This document shows positions 1 to 9,933 of a DNA stretch of 64,000 nucleotides, piece after piece; position 1 is the first letter of the stretch, and every line of letters begins with the position of its first letter. Under the pieces are notes generated by a model that worked only from the letters and a program-made list of their open reading frames with translations, did not search any database and had not been told where the DNA came from. Source of the DNA: an uncultured Bacilli bacterium (lineage in GTDB: Bacteria; Bacillota_I; Bacilli_A; RFN20; CAG-826); assembly GCA_934725985.1 (NCBI GenBank), contig CAKVCX010000002.1, forward strand, positions 193,578-257,577, given 5' to 3'. The position numbers and the translations under genes were made by a program.

Positions 1-1026
1 GCCATGATGTATAGAAATCCTGCCGTTGCCTTAATGCCTGATATAACCCCTAAGCCGCTTAGAAGCAAAGCCAATGGCATTATTAACATAATGGGCTATA
101 TAGGCGGGGCTTTTGCTACGGTTCTTGGCATTTTCTTCTCTTTATCTTCCTATTTAAAAGTAGGTGGAAGCAAATATTTGAACATTTGGGTTATTGAAAT
201 TCCTTTTTTAGTTGGATCCATTTTAATGGTTATCTCTGCCTTGGTTCTTTTCTTCTTGATTAATGAGAACAAGATAGAAGAAGAAGTAAAGGAAGATATG
301 GAATTAGGCGAAAGGGAAGCTGAAATCGAAGATAAAATCAAAGAAGGGGAAGAGGATGCCCCGCTAACTAAGGCCAATAAAATTATGTTATTTTTGATTT
401 TAGGAGCCGAATTCTTTTGGTTCATGTCTGATAATGGAATTGGCACTTTCATGGTCAATTATACCCAATATCATTTGCTTAGCGATTCTTCGAAAATGAT
501 GATAACCATAATCATAGGCGGGGCTGCCTCGGTCTTAGGCTTCCTTTTTGGTGGGAGCATTGCTTCAAAAATAGGAAGGAAATGGACTGTTGTTATTGGA
601 CTAGGAATAACCGTTGCCTCTTTATTGCTTTGGACAATTTGCTCTTATTCCATCCCGGTAAATACTCCAGGTGCAGGCCAATATAACCCCTTCCCATTAT
701 ACTTATATTTTGTTTGGGGCTTAAAAGGATTTGGCATGTCTTTAGTTCACGTCAATTCCTTTCCCATGGTTGTTGAATTGTGTTCGAATAAAAAGATTGG
801 AAAATTTACTGGCTTTTATTATGCCTCTTCCATGGCTGCCCAAACGGTTACTCCGGTATTGCTAGGAAGTTTAATCCTTTCCCCAAATTTAGATTTTGCT
901 TTCTTGCCAATTTATGGTCTTTCCATGGCTAGTGTTTCCTTAATCATTTTTATGTTTGTTAAAAATGTAAAAAATAAAAAGACCGATTTTAAGAAAGGTT
1001 TAGAAGCCTTAGGAGAAGAAGAGTAA
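1..1026 (+). CDS. MFS-type transporter, C-terminal ~340 aa (5' end lies upstream of window)
   Basis: Multi-TM hydrophobic profile with an acidic central loop (EEEVKEDMELGEREAEIEDK) typical of a 6+6 MFS. The frame is open to window start. Its TAA overlaps the next ATG (taATG). Confidence 0.6.
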   Translation, partial: AMMYRNPAVALMPDITPKPLRSKANGIINIMGYIGGAFATVLGIFFSLSSYLKVGGSKYLNIWVIEIPFLVGSILMVISALVLFFLINENKIEEEVKEDMELGEREAEIEDKIKEGEEDAPLTKANKIMLFLILGAEFFWFMSDNGIGTFMVNYTQYHLLSDSSKMMITIIIGGAASVLGFLFGGSIASKIGRKWTVVIGLGITVASLLLWTICSYSIPVNTPGAGQYNPFPLYLYFVWGLKGFGMSLVHVNSFPMVVELCSNKKIGKFTGFYYASSMAAQTVTPVLLGSLILSPNLDFAFLPIYGLSMASVSLIIFMFVKNVKNKKTDFKKGLEALGEEE

Positions 1027-1928
1027 TGCCAGCAGCTTTGACCCATTATCTATTCGCCTTGGATGTCTATTCTTGCTTAAATGATGTAGATAAAGATTAT
1101 TTTTTGCTAGGTACTCAAGGTCCTGACCCTTTCTTTTATCGCGGTATTTTAAAAAGAGGCAGACCTAATAATTATAAAGAAATTTGGGAAGTAGGGGAAA
1201 AGTTACATCATGAAAATATCGCCCCCGTTTATTTACAAATGAAAGAGAAGGCGAAAGAAGATAAGAAATTGTTATCTTTTGTTTACGGCTTGTTTTTACA
1301 TTATTGTTTAGACAAAAATGTACACCCATATGTTTTTTATCGCTCTGGATTTAACAAGGAAGGCAAACTAGATTCTAAATATAAATACTGTCATGGGTCT
1401 TTTGAATCTTTGCTCGATGTCAATTTGTCAAAAAGAATGGGAAACTATGTTAATCCAGGGAAAACCATTAATTTAAAAAACATAAATTTAGATGATGTCT
1501 CCGATTTATTTTCTATTTTTAAAAACCCTAATTTAACCGTTAAAACATATAAAGAATCGGTTTTGGATTTTATCCATATCGAAAAAGTTCTTTTTTCTAG
1601 AAGCGGGATTAAACGCATCTTATTTAGGATGGTTGGGAAATACTCCCTTGCCTATGCAATGTCTTATCCTCATTTTTATAAAAGACTAGATTATATCGAT
1701 GTCTTAAATTTGAAACATAATGAATGGAAAGACCCTTGTAGTGGAGAAATTCATACTTCTTCCATTTTTGATTTAATGGAAAAGGCTAAAAAAGAATATC
1801 TAGATTTATTCCCAAATTTGCTAAATTTGGATTTTGATAAAGTTAATTCCTATTGCAAGAAAGTTGACCATGACGGAACTCCATTTGGAGAAAAGAAAAA
1901 GTTTTGCTCATGCTGCTATAAGATTTAG
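1026..1928 (+). CDS. Zinc-dependent phospholipase C family-like protein (PF00882-like), cytoplasmic
   Basis: LFLHYCLDKNVHPYVF matches the PLC zinc-ligand block L-x-L-H-Y-x-x-D-x-N-x-P-x-H (B. cereus PLC LSLHYLGDVNQPMH). There is an upstream QGPDPFFY (cf. FYDPD) and an N-terminal ALTHYLFA His. No signal peptide. Confidence 0.55.
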   Translation: MPAALTHYLFALDVYSCLNDVDKDYFLLGTQGPDPFFYRGILKRGRPNNYKEIWEVGEKLHHENIAPVYLQMKEKAKEDKKLLSFVYGLFLHYCLDKNVHPYVFYRSGFNKEGKLDSKYKYCHGSFESLLDVNLSKRMGNYVNPGKTINLKNINLDDVSDLFSIFKNPNLTVKTYKESVLDFIHIEKVLFSRSGIKRILFRMVGKYSLAYAMSYPHFYKRLDYIDVLNLKHNEWKDPCSGEIHTSSIFDLMEKAKKEYLDLFPNLLNLDFDKVNSYCKKVDHDGTPFGEKKKFCSCCYKI

Positions 1929-1970
1929 TCAGTCTATACTTTTTGCCATTTTCTACTTAAAATAGTTGGC

Positions 1971-2606
1971 ATGAAAATAGTGAAGGTAAAACAAGTTAAT
2001 TATGTCGGCTTGGCCTTGCTTAGTTATGAAAAAGCACTTTTTGTTCGCGAAATAGATAAAGACGGTTTTCCTTTGTCTAGTTTTCATTTTCCCGGCGGAA
2101 GCATTTTAAAAGAAAAGAATCTTAAATCTAGTTTAAATAATGTTTTAATTTCTAAATACGACGGGAAAGTTAAAATAGATTCTTTTTTAAGTCCCGTGTA
2201 TTCTTTTTCTAAAGACAAAATAACTTCTCTTTCTATTGCTTTAGGCAAAGAAATTGTCCCGCTTAGGTTTAATAAGAATATAGAAGGACATTATTTTCTT
2301 TTAGAAGAAGCAAAAGAAAATGATGTCGATCCACTTGATTTAAAAGCTTTTGAAAAAGCCTTGATTTATTCTTGCGAAAGAAAAGAAAAGATTTCTAGCG
2401 ATGAATATAGGGAACTATTGTCATTGAAGAAGGCCATTCGATTTTATTCTTCTAAGATTGACAAGAAAGAGATAAAAGAGATATTGCATTTTATTGACGC
2501 AAGCAATGATTTAAATGCATCGTTAAAGGCTTTTTTATTCATGCTAAAGGAAAATAATTTGTCTAGCGATGATTATTTTTCTTATTTAAAGAAGAAGAAA
2601 GAATAA
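1971..2606 (+). CDS. Hypothetical protein, Nudix-fold-like N-terminus with degenerate Nudix box
   Basis: VGLALLSYEKALFVRE...FPGG resembles the start of a Nudix fold, but the REx2EE catalytic box is absent. Its stop overlaps the cls start. Confidence 0.3.
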   Translation: MKIVKVKQVNYVGLALLSYEKALFVREIDKDGFPLSSFHFPGGSILKEKNLKSSLNNVLISKYDGKVKIDSFLSPVYSFSKDKITSLSIALGKEIVPLRFNKNIEGHYFLLEEAKENDVDPLDLKAFEKALIYSCERKEKISSDEYRELLSLKKAIRFYSSKIDKKEIKEILHFIDASNDLNASLKAFLFMLKENNLSSDDYFSYLKKKKE

Positions 2607-4177
2607 TGAAAACATTTTTTAAACCCGGTTTTTGGCCGAAACTAGTAATTGGACTTTTGCTTCTTGCTCAGTTTGCTCTGGCTATTTTTGGTTTTGTCTA
2701 TTTATCTACTTTTTCTCAAAAACACGTAACTTTATTTGGTGTAATTTTGGCTTTGACTTTTATCTTAAATGTGGGCTTGTCTAGTTATATTATCAACTCT
2801 TCTTCTCCCGATTCTTATAGAATTGTGTGGATTTGGGTTGTCAATTGCTTGCCCTTGCTTGGGGCTTTAATGTATATCGTCTTTGCCAATAAACAGACTT
2901 CTAAAAGAAAAAGGGCCTTGGTTAACCGTTATATTAGGCCATTGGAAAAAGAGGAAAGTGAAAAAAAGGCCATTGAGCTTTTATCAAGTTACTATCCTAA
3001 ATATTTACCCTTATCGAATTTTTTATTTTCTTCTCGCGGCGGAGGTATTTTCGATCATACTTCCGTTAGCTATTTTCCTCTTGCCGATTTAATTTTAGAA
3101 CCAATCTTATATGAACTAAAAAAAGCAAGGCATTACATATTTATCGAATTTTTTATCATTGAAAAAAATGGATATTTTTGGAATGAGATCCATAAGGTTT
3201 TATTAGAAAAAGTAAAAGAAGGCGTGGATATAAGGATTATTTACGATGATGTTGGTTCAATTTCTGTGGCTCCATTAAACTTTGATAAGGAACTTATGTC
3301 CGAGGGAATAAAATGTCATAAATTCAATCCGTTCCGTCCCTTAATAGACGTTAGGCAAAACAATAGGGACCATCGAAAGATGATAATAATAGATGGGCAT
3401 ACTGCTTTTACCGGTGGTTTCAATATAGCTGATGAATATATCAATAGAATCAATCGTTTCGGCCATTGGAAAGACAATGGGGTTTTGCTAAAAGGGAAGG
3501 CAGTTACTTCTTTGACCATGATGTTTCTTTCTAATTATATTTTTAATTATTCCCCTAAAGAAAACATTGATAAAAAGTATTATTCTTCCTCGACTTATAT
3601 TTCTGAAATCGGGGGTTATCCTCCTACTAATGGACTAGTTCAACCCTATTGCGATTTGCCTTTTGATTCAAAAGCAGTCGGGGAAAGGGTATATCTTTCT
3701 TTAATCCAAAGAGCCAATAAAACTCTTTATATTGCCACTCCTTATTTAATCATAGATTCAGAGATGGAAAATTCTTTGATTGCCGCATCTAAATCAGGAG
3801 TAGAAATTATAATATTAACTCCCCATATCCCCGATAAGAAAGCCGTGTTTAATTTAACTAGGTCTTATTATGGAAAATTATTAAAAAATGGAGTGAGGAT
3901 TTTTGAATATACACCCGGGTTTGTTCATGAAAAAATGTTTATATGCGATAACGAAGTGGCAACTGTAGGAACGATTAATCTAGATTATAGGAGTTTGTTC
4001 CTCCATTTAGAAAACGGCACTTTTATTGTTGGCTCTTCTTCCATTAAGGATATGAAAAGAGATTTTCTTGATACTATTTCTTTATCAAATGAAATTAAAA
4101 TATCTACGTGGGAGAAATGGCATAAAAGAAATAAGAGTTATTGGGGATTGTTGAGGATTGTGGCACCGTTTTTATGA
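2606..4177 (+). CDS. cls: Cardiolipin synthase (phospholipase D superfamily)
   Basis: Two N-terminal TM helices and two HKD motifs (HRKMIIIDGHTAFTGGFNIADEY; HEKMFICDNEVATVGTINLDYRS). Length ~520 aa. Confidence 0.85.
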   Translation: MKTFFKPGFWPKLVIGLLLLAQFALAIFGFVYLSTFSQKHVTLFGVILALTFILNVGLSSYIINSSSPDSYRIVWIWVVNCLPLLGALMYIVFANKQTSKRKRALVNRYIRPLEKEESEKKAIELLSSYYPKYLPLSNFLFSSRGGGIFDHTSVSYFPLADLILEPILYELKKARHYIFIEFFIIEKNGYFWNEIHKVLLEKVKEGVDIRIIYDDVGSISVAPLNFDKELMSEGIKCHKFNPFRPLIDVRQNNRDHRKMIIIDGHTAFTGGFNIADEYINRINRFGHWKDNGVLLKGKAVTSLTMMFLSNYIFNYSPKENIDKKYYSSSTYISEIGGYPPTNGLVQPYCDLPFDSKAVGERVYLSLIQRANKTLYIATPYLIIDSEMENSLIAASKSGVEIIILTPHIPDKKAVFNLTRSYYGKLLKNGVRIFEYTPGFVHEKMFICDNEVATVGTINLDYRSLFLHLENGTFIVGSSSIKDMKRDFLDTISLSNEIKISTWEKWHKRNKSYWGLLRIVAPFL

Positions 4178-5343
4178 AAAGAATAGGCATTAGAATTTAT
4201 CAATTTATCATAAAAGTCGCTTCTATTTTTTTGCTAAATAAGAAACAACTTGTCTATAAAGGTGAAAAAGAACTGTCTCACCTTTGCTTTGATTTGTCAA
4301 AGCGTTGCAAAAAAGTTTTTTTATTAATTGGTCCAAATATTAAAAAAAGAGGTTATGAACTTAAAATAAAGGATACATTGGAGAAATTCCATTTGAATGT
4401 TTTTGTTTATGTTTCATCTTCTTTTGAGCCAAGTATAGAAATGGTTAAAGAGGCCTATTCAATCTTTAAAGAAAATAGTTGCGATTGCATTTTTGCTATA
4501 GGGGGTGGCTCGATTTTAGATTTAGCTAAGGCTATTAAGGCCATATCTGCAAATAAAACCAAGCCAATTTTTGGCTTATTGAAAGTAAAAAGAAACAAGG
4601 TTGCTTTAGTTTCTTCTCCTACTACGGCTGGGACTGGATCAGAGGCGACTTTAGTATCCGTTATCAAAGACGAAGATAAAGTTAAAAAGACGATTATTTC
4701 TCCTCGCATATTGCCTGATTTCATTTATTTTAATCCCACGTTTTTATCTTCTTTGCCTAAAAATGTAGCTTCTAGCGCCGGGCTAGACGCTTTTACTCAT
4801 GCCGTTGAGTCATTTATTTCAAAAGGAGGTAGTTATAATACTAGAAAAAACGCGAAAAAGAGTTTGCTTCTATTTAAAGATAACTTTTTGAAATTTATTG
4901 ATGATAGAAGCGACTACTCAAGTGCAATGAATATGCTTTTATCTTCTTACTATGCTGGATTAAGTTTTACCCGTGCCTATGTAGGGTATGCACATTCCAT
5001 AGGCCATGCCTTAGGCGCGACATATAATATTCCACACGGTATAGCGGTCATTCATTCTCTTTTATACATTTTGCCAAAATATGGAAATTCCATTAAAAAA
5101 AGAAAGAAGCAAATCGAAGACATTCTTGGCATCGATATTTCTTTAGAAGAATATATTTCTTCATTGCTAAAAAAATGTGATATACCTCCTTTGAATTTGG
5201 AAATTGATGAAAATAAGGCAAAGTCTTTATCTATTTTGGCCGATAAAGAAACAATTCCTTTATATCCTGTACCTAAAATATTTGCTGTTAATGATTTAAC
5301 TATGTTTATTAAAGAAATAGGAAAAGGAAGGTATGAAAATTAA
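4174..5343 (+). CDS. Iron-containing alcohol dehydrogenase family oxidoreductase
   Basis: GGGSILDLAKAI NAD-binding motif and a metal-binding His cluster (HAVESF...HSIGHALG...HG). ATGA overlap with the cls stop. The ORF-track start 4141 is replaced by the internal ATG at 4174. Confidence 0.65.
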   Translation: MKRIGIRIYQFIIKVASIFLLNKKQLVYKGEKELSHLCFDLSKRCKKVFLLIGPNIKKRGYELKIKDTLEKFHLNVFVYVSSSFEPSIEMVKEAYSIFKENSCDCIFAIGGGSILDLAKAIKAISANKTKPIFGLLKVKRNKVALVSSPTTAGTGSEATLVSVIKDEDKVKKTIISPRILPDFIYFNPTFLSSLPKNVASSAGLDAFTHAVESFISKGGSYNTRKNAKKSLLLFKDNFLKFIDDRSDYSSAMNMLLSSYYAGLSFTRAYVGYAHSIGHALGATYNIPHGIAVIHSLLYILPKYGNSIKKRKKQIEDILGIDISLEEYISSLLKKCDIPPLNLEIDENKAKSLSILADKETIPLYPVPKIFAVNDLTMFIKEIGKGRYEN

Positions 5344-6337
5344 TTGTCAAAAACATTTTGGAAGCGATTTTATAACGTTTGATAATGAAAATGGCTTCGT
5401 GGTGACTCTTTCTTCTATTGGGGCTGGCATTGTCGATATTGAATATTTAAATAATAAAGTAGTATCTAGGCCTAAGGATTATGAAATATATTTAGGGGAT
5501 AACGGAGGCTATTATGGGAAAACCATAGGACCAATCGCTGGAAGAGTAAAAAAAGGAATAATCATAGTAGGGGGGAAAGAAAATAAATTAGATCTTAACG
5601 AAGGGGGCAATTCACTTCATTCGGGATCTATTTGCTTTGCCTTTGCCCCCTTTCTTTACCAAATAAAAGAAGAAAAAGAATGCTTTATTATTGTTTTTTC
5701 TTATCTATTTAAAGGAAAAAAAGATAAGTTTGAAGCGGACATTGATACAAAGATTACTTATAAAATTAGTAAAGATAAACCAGTTTTAGAATATGAATAT
5801 GAACTAGTTCCTAGCCTAGATTGTCCTCTTAATATAACCAATCATTCTTATTTTAATTTAAATGGTAAGGGAAATATTCTCTCCCATCTTTTAAAATTAA
5901 ATTCTTCTAGGGTTGTAATTTATGATGAAGAATTAATACCTAAGCAAATAAAAGAAGTAGACAAAGTTTTTGATTTCAGAAGCAAAAAGAAAGTGGGGGA
6001 AGATATATTAAATAAAGAGCTAGGTGAAAAAAGGCTAAACTATGGCTATGACCATTGCTTTATTCTGGATAAAGATGATTATTTAATTCCTAAAGCCATA
6101 TTAGAAGGAGAAAAAATTGGCTTGAAACTATTTACTACTTCAACTGCCTTGCAAATCTATACTTGTACTTTCCCTCATCTTGATTTGCTGCTTAATAATG
6201 GTGAGATGGAGACAAAATATAGTTCCTTGACTTTAGAAGAAGTTAATGTTTCATTAAGTTTATCTACTATGGTTACTAGAAAAAATGATAAATTTATACG
6301 TAGACATAAATATGAGTTTTATAGAAAAGAGGAATAA
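5333..6337 (+). CDS. galM: Aldose 1-epimerase (galactose mutarotase)
   Basis: ITNHSYFNLNGKGN and GPIAGRV motifs. It sits immediately upstream of galT/galK. Confidence 0.7.
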   Translation: MKINCQKHFGSDFITFDNENGFVVTLSSIGAGIVDIEYLNNKVVSRPKDYEIYLGDNGGYYGKTIGPIAGRVKKGIIIVGGKENKLDLNEGGNSLHSGSICFAFAPFLYQIKEEKECFIIVFSYLFKGKKDKFEADIDTKITYKISKDKPVLEYEYELVPSLDCPLNITNHSYFNLNGKGNILSHLLKLNSSRVVIYDEELIPKQIKEVDKVFDFRSKKKVGEDILNKELGEKRLNYGYDHCFILDKDDYLIPKAILEGEKIGLKLFTTSTALQIYTCTFPHLDLLLNNGEMETKYSSLTLEEVNVSLSLSTMVTRKNDKFIRRHKYEFYRKEE

Positions 6338-6339
6338 AT

Positions 6340-7821
6340 ATGTTAGACAAAAGTATTGAAGAATTGCTCTATTTTGCAACTTGCAAATTAGGACTTGCCA
6401 AAGAAGATGTTCCTTATTATAGGAACTTACTATTTGCTAAGTATGGTTTGGATATCCCGTTTGAGGGAGAAATAGATAAAAAAATGATTTCTTCTTTATC
6501 TTTGCCTGACTTTGTTTTCTCTTCCTTATGTTCTTCTTTTAAGGAAAGAAATATGGATGAAGGGGAAAGCGAAAGAGAAGCTACATACTGTTTTGGTTTA
6601 GTTTCCCCATTGCCTAGCTATGTTAATTCTTTTTGCCAAAAATATATTAAAAGCAATGAAAGTGAGAAAGCTACTTCCTATTTATATGATCTAAGCATTA
6701 AAAACAATTATATTGCCAAATCTAAAGTCGACAAAAACATTGTCTACCAAGCTGATTTTAAAGATGGTCCTTCCTTGGATATTTCAATTAATTTATCTAA
6801 GCCAGAAAAAAATAACAAAGACATCGCTAAATTGGTCGGGGCTAAACAAACCGGCTATCCAAAATGTTTGCTTTGCAAAGAAAATATCGGTTTTGCCGGG
6901 AATGATAAACATCCGGCTAGAGAAAATATCCGTTACATTGATTTAAAGTTAGGAGAAGAAGATTGGTTCCTGCAATTCTCCCCATATGTCTATTATTCAA
7001 ATCATTGCATAGTGTTTTATTCTAAACATGTCTTTATGGAAATTTCTCCAAGGATTTTTAGAAAATTATTCGAATTTGTTGATATTTTCCCTCATTATTT
7101 TATTGGTTCTAATAGCGACCTACCCATTGTTGGCGGTTCGATTTTAAACCATGAGCATTTCCAAGGCGGGGCTCATATCATGCCTATAATGAAAGCTAAA
7201 GATAGATTTGTTTTAGAAGAAGGGAAAGTCAAGGTTTCCATTTTGGATTTTTATGACTCTACAATTAAACTAGTTTCTACTGATAAAGAAGCTATATTAG
7301 AAAAGGCTAATAAAATAGAAGAAGCCTGGAGACATTATACCAATAAGGATTTGGAAATAATTCCTTATGAAGGGGAAATTAAACATTCAACCGTTACTCC
7401 TATTGTTAGAAAGTTATCTTCAACCTACGAGATGTACATCATTTTACGTAACAATAGATGCAATGAGGCTTATCCTACCGGCATATTTCACGCTCATCCA
7501 GAATATGCACATATCAAGCATGAAGGAATTGGTTTGATTGAAGCTGCCGGATATTTCATTTTACCTGCTAGATTGGTAAGGCAAAGTCAAGAAGTTGAGG
7601 ATGTAGTTTCGAAAAATTTAAGTTTAGAAGACGCAATAAGCTTGTATCCTGATTTGAATATTTTTTCCGATATGATTGAAAAAATGAAAAAAGAACGCAT
7701 TTCATCTAGAGAATATATTGCTGATGTTTGCCGTAACATTTTACGTAATGTAGCCGTATTTAAAGAAGATGAGAAAGGGCAAAAGGCTTTTATTGAATTT
7801 GCTAAGGGGGCCATTTTATGA
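6340..7821 (+). CDS. galT: Galactose-1-phosphate uridylyltransferase (type 2, Firmicute form)
   Basis: ~490 aa, adjacent to and overlapping galK. It has the GalT family 2 architecture. Confidence 0.75.
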   Translation: MLDKSIEELLYFATCKLGLAKEDVPYYRNLLFAKYGLDIPFEGEIDKKMISSLSLPDFVFSSLCSSFKERNMDEGESEREATYCFGLVSPLPSYVNSFCQKYIKSNESEKATSYLYDLSIKNNYIAKSKVDKNIVYQADFKDGPSLDISINLSKPEKNNKDIAKLVGAKQTGYPKCLLCKENIGFAGNDKHPARENIRYIDLKLGEEDWFLQFSPYVYYSNHCIVFYSKHVFMEISPRIFRKLFEFVDIFPHYFIGSNSDLPIVGGSILNHEHFQGGAHIMPIMKAKDRFVLEEGKVKVSILDFYDSTIKLVSTDKEAILEKANKIEEAWRHYTNKDLEIIPYEGEIKHSTVTPIVRKLSSTYEMYIILRNNRCNEAYPTGIFHAHPEYAHIKHEGIGLIEAAGYFILPARLVRQSQEVEDVVSKNLSLEDAISLYPDLNIFSDMIEKMKKERISSREYIADVCRNILRNVAVFKEDEKGQKAFIEFAKGAIL

Positions 7822-8987
7822 TTCTTACTAGTGAATGCAAGGAACAATTCGAATCTGCTTTTTTCTATCCGCCTTCTTACTTTTTCTTCTCCCATGGAAG
7901 ATTAGAAATATTAGGCAACCATACCGACCATAACCATGGTTTATGTCTGGTATCTTCCGTTGATATGGGGATAAGTGCTGCCGTTAGCAAAGATGATAGA
8001 GGGTTTGTCGAAATCTTTTCTAGTGGCTATAAACCAATCAAATTTTCTATTTCTTCTTTAGAAAGAAAAGAGGAAGAAAAAGGAACATCTTTATCTTTAT
8101 GCAAGGGTGTTTTAAATAAGTGTAAGGAATTGGGCTATAAAATAGGTGGGTTTAAGGCTTATTTTGTTAGCGATATTTTTCCTGGGGCCGGGGTTTCTTC
8201 TAGCGCTTGTTATGAATCGCTTATCGTCAAGATAATTTCTACTTTATATAACGATGATAAGATTTCTTCTTTGGAGATGGCAAAAATTGGAAAATATGCC
8301 GAAAATGTCTATTTTGGAAAACCTTGTGGCTTGCTAGATCAAATCGGGACGAGTTTTGGCGGGGTCATCTATGTTGATTTCGTCTCTTTGGAAGAACCGG
8401 TTTTAGAAAACATCAATTTTGATTTGCCTTTAAAGATTGTTTTGATAAATAGCGGTGGTAACCACGCTCAATTGACTCCTTTGTATGCTTCGATTGGACT
8501 TGATATGAAGTCTGTTGCCCAAAATGTATTTGATAAACCTTATTTAAGGCTAATTTCCCCTAAAGAATTTTTTATGCGTATTGCCATGCCTAATAATTCA
8601 GTCAGTGAGAGAGCAAAGCTTCGCGCTACGCATTTTTTTAATGAAAATGAAAGGGTATTGAAGGCTAAGAAGGCTTTATCCATAAATGATACGACTGGTT
8701 TTATTGATTGCATCAATGCTTCTTCTTTGTCCTCGCAAACCCTTTTATGCAATACCATGGTTCCAGGACATTATGAAGGCTCGCCTCAACAAGCAATTGA
8801 TAGATTGCGTCCTTTTGCAAAAGAAGGAGGGATACGCATTATGGGGGGCGGCTTTGCCGGCTCGATAATTGCCTTTGTCTATCCTAAGGATTTCTCTTTA
8901 TTTATGTCTGCTGCCATTTCTATTTATGGGAAAAATAACGTTAAAAACGTTTCTATCCTTAAAGATGGCCCAAGTTTAATTAGGTAA
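7818..8987 (+). CDS. galK: Galactokinase
   Basis: GRLEILGNHTDHN galactokinase signature and the GHMP kinase motif PGAGVSSSA. Confidence 0.9.
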   Translation: MILTSECKEQFESAFFYPPSYFFFSHGRLEILGNHTDHNHGLCLVSSVDMGISAAVSKDDRGFVEIFSSGYKPIKFSISSLERKEEEKGTSLSLCKGVLNKCKELGYKIGGFKAYFVSDIFPGAGVSSSACYESLIVKIISTLYNDDKISSLEMAKIGKYAENVYFGKPCGLLDQIGTSFGGVIYVDFVSLEEPVLENINFDLPLKIVLINSGGNHAQLTPLYASIGLDMKSVAQNVFDKPYLRLISPKEFFMRIAMPNNSVSERAKLRATHFFNENERVLKAKKALSINDTTGFIDCINASSLSSQTLLCNTMVPGHYEGSPQQAIDRLRPFAKEGGIRIMGGGFAGSIIAFVYPKDFSLFMSAAISIYGKNNVKNVSILKDGPSLIR

Positions 8988-8991
8988 TTAA

Positions 8992-9885
8992 ATGAGGGGG
9001 TTATTAAGCGTTCAATTATTTAATTTTCCATATTTTCTTTTCATTGCAATTGCACTTTCTTGCTTTGTTGTTTCTATTAGTTTTTCTAAAAAACTAGGGA
9101 AAGTCTGGACAAATAAATTCATAACCATCTTGCTTTGGTCTAATTTTGCTTTGCATTTTTTAAAGCAATTAAACCCTTTTTATATTGCTTCTTGGCCTAA
9201 TGGATTAGGTAGGTCTACTGCAGAAAATCTCTGCGCCTTTTTGATTATGGTTTCCCCATTTGTTTATAAATATGGAAATAAATACATGAAAGACTATTTA
9301 TTCTATATAGGTTCGATAAGTTCTATTTTGGTTATGATTATTCCTACTGGGGCAATTGGGCTAGACTTAAGTCAAGCCGAGAATTTATTGGAAGTATTTA
9401 GATTTTATATATGCCATATACCATTGCTTATTGTTGGGTATTTAATGGTTGATAACGGCTTTCATGAGCTTAATTACCATCGTTTAATCGCCTTGCCTTT
9501 CATGTTTTTACTTGTTGAAGGCATATTGGTTTTAAATGGAATTATTCTCAATGCCATTCTCTATCATTTGCCATGGGGTCTGTTTTTATCTAGAGGATGC
9601 GAATTAATAAATTCTTCCTTGCCTTTTGGTCCTACCCCAGGCATGGATAAGATATTATCCCCCATCTACCCCTATTTAATTCCTTATTTAATGACTTATA
9701 GGGTGGGAGAAGAAATTAGATTTGTTCCTATTTTATATTTGACTATTCCTTTAATTCTAGCCACTGCAATTCTAGGTCCTTTATTTGCCCTTCCTTTTGA
9801 TAAACGTAGATTTAAGCTTGACATGGAATATTTAAAAGCCAAAAGGGCCTTAAAAAGAGAAGAAAAAAGACTTACATCTATTTAA
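8992..9885 (+). CDS. Polytopic integral membrane protein of unknown function (YwaF-like?)
   Basis: ~8 predicted TM segments with no catalytic motif recognised. It is co-directional with the gal genes. Confidence 0.45.
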   Translation: MRGLLSVQLFNFPYFLFIAIALSCFVVSISFSKKLGKVWTNKFITILLWSNFALHFLKQLNPFYIASWPNGLGRSTAENLCAFLIMVSPFVYKYGNKYMKDYLFYIGSISSILVMIIPTGAIGLDLSQAENLLEVFRFYICHIPLLIVGYLMVDNGFHELNYHRLIALPFMFLLVEGILVLNGIILNAILYHLPWGLFLSRGCELINSSLPFGPTPGMDKILSPIYPYLIPYLMTYRVGEEIRFVPILYLTIPLILATAILGPLFALPFDKRRFKLDMEYLKAKRALKREEKRLTSI

Positions 9886-9933
9886 TGTAGATAAATAAGT
9901 TTAAAATATCTTCATCCTAAAAGGAGTTTTTAG

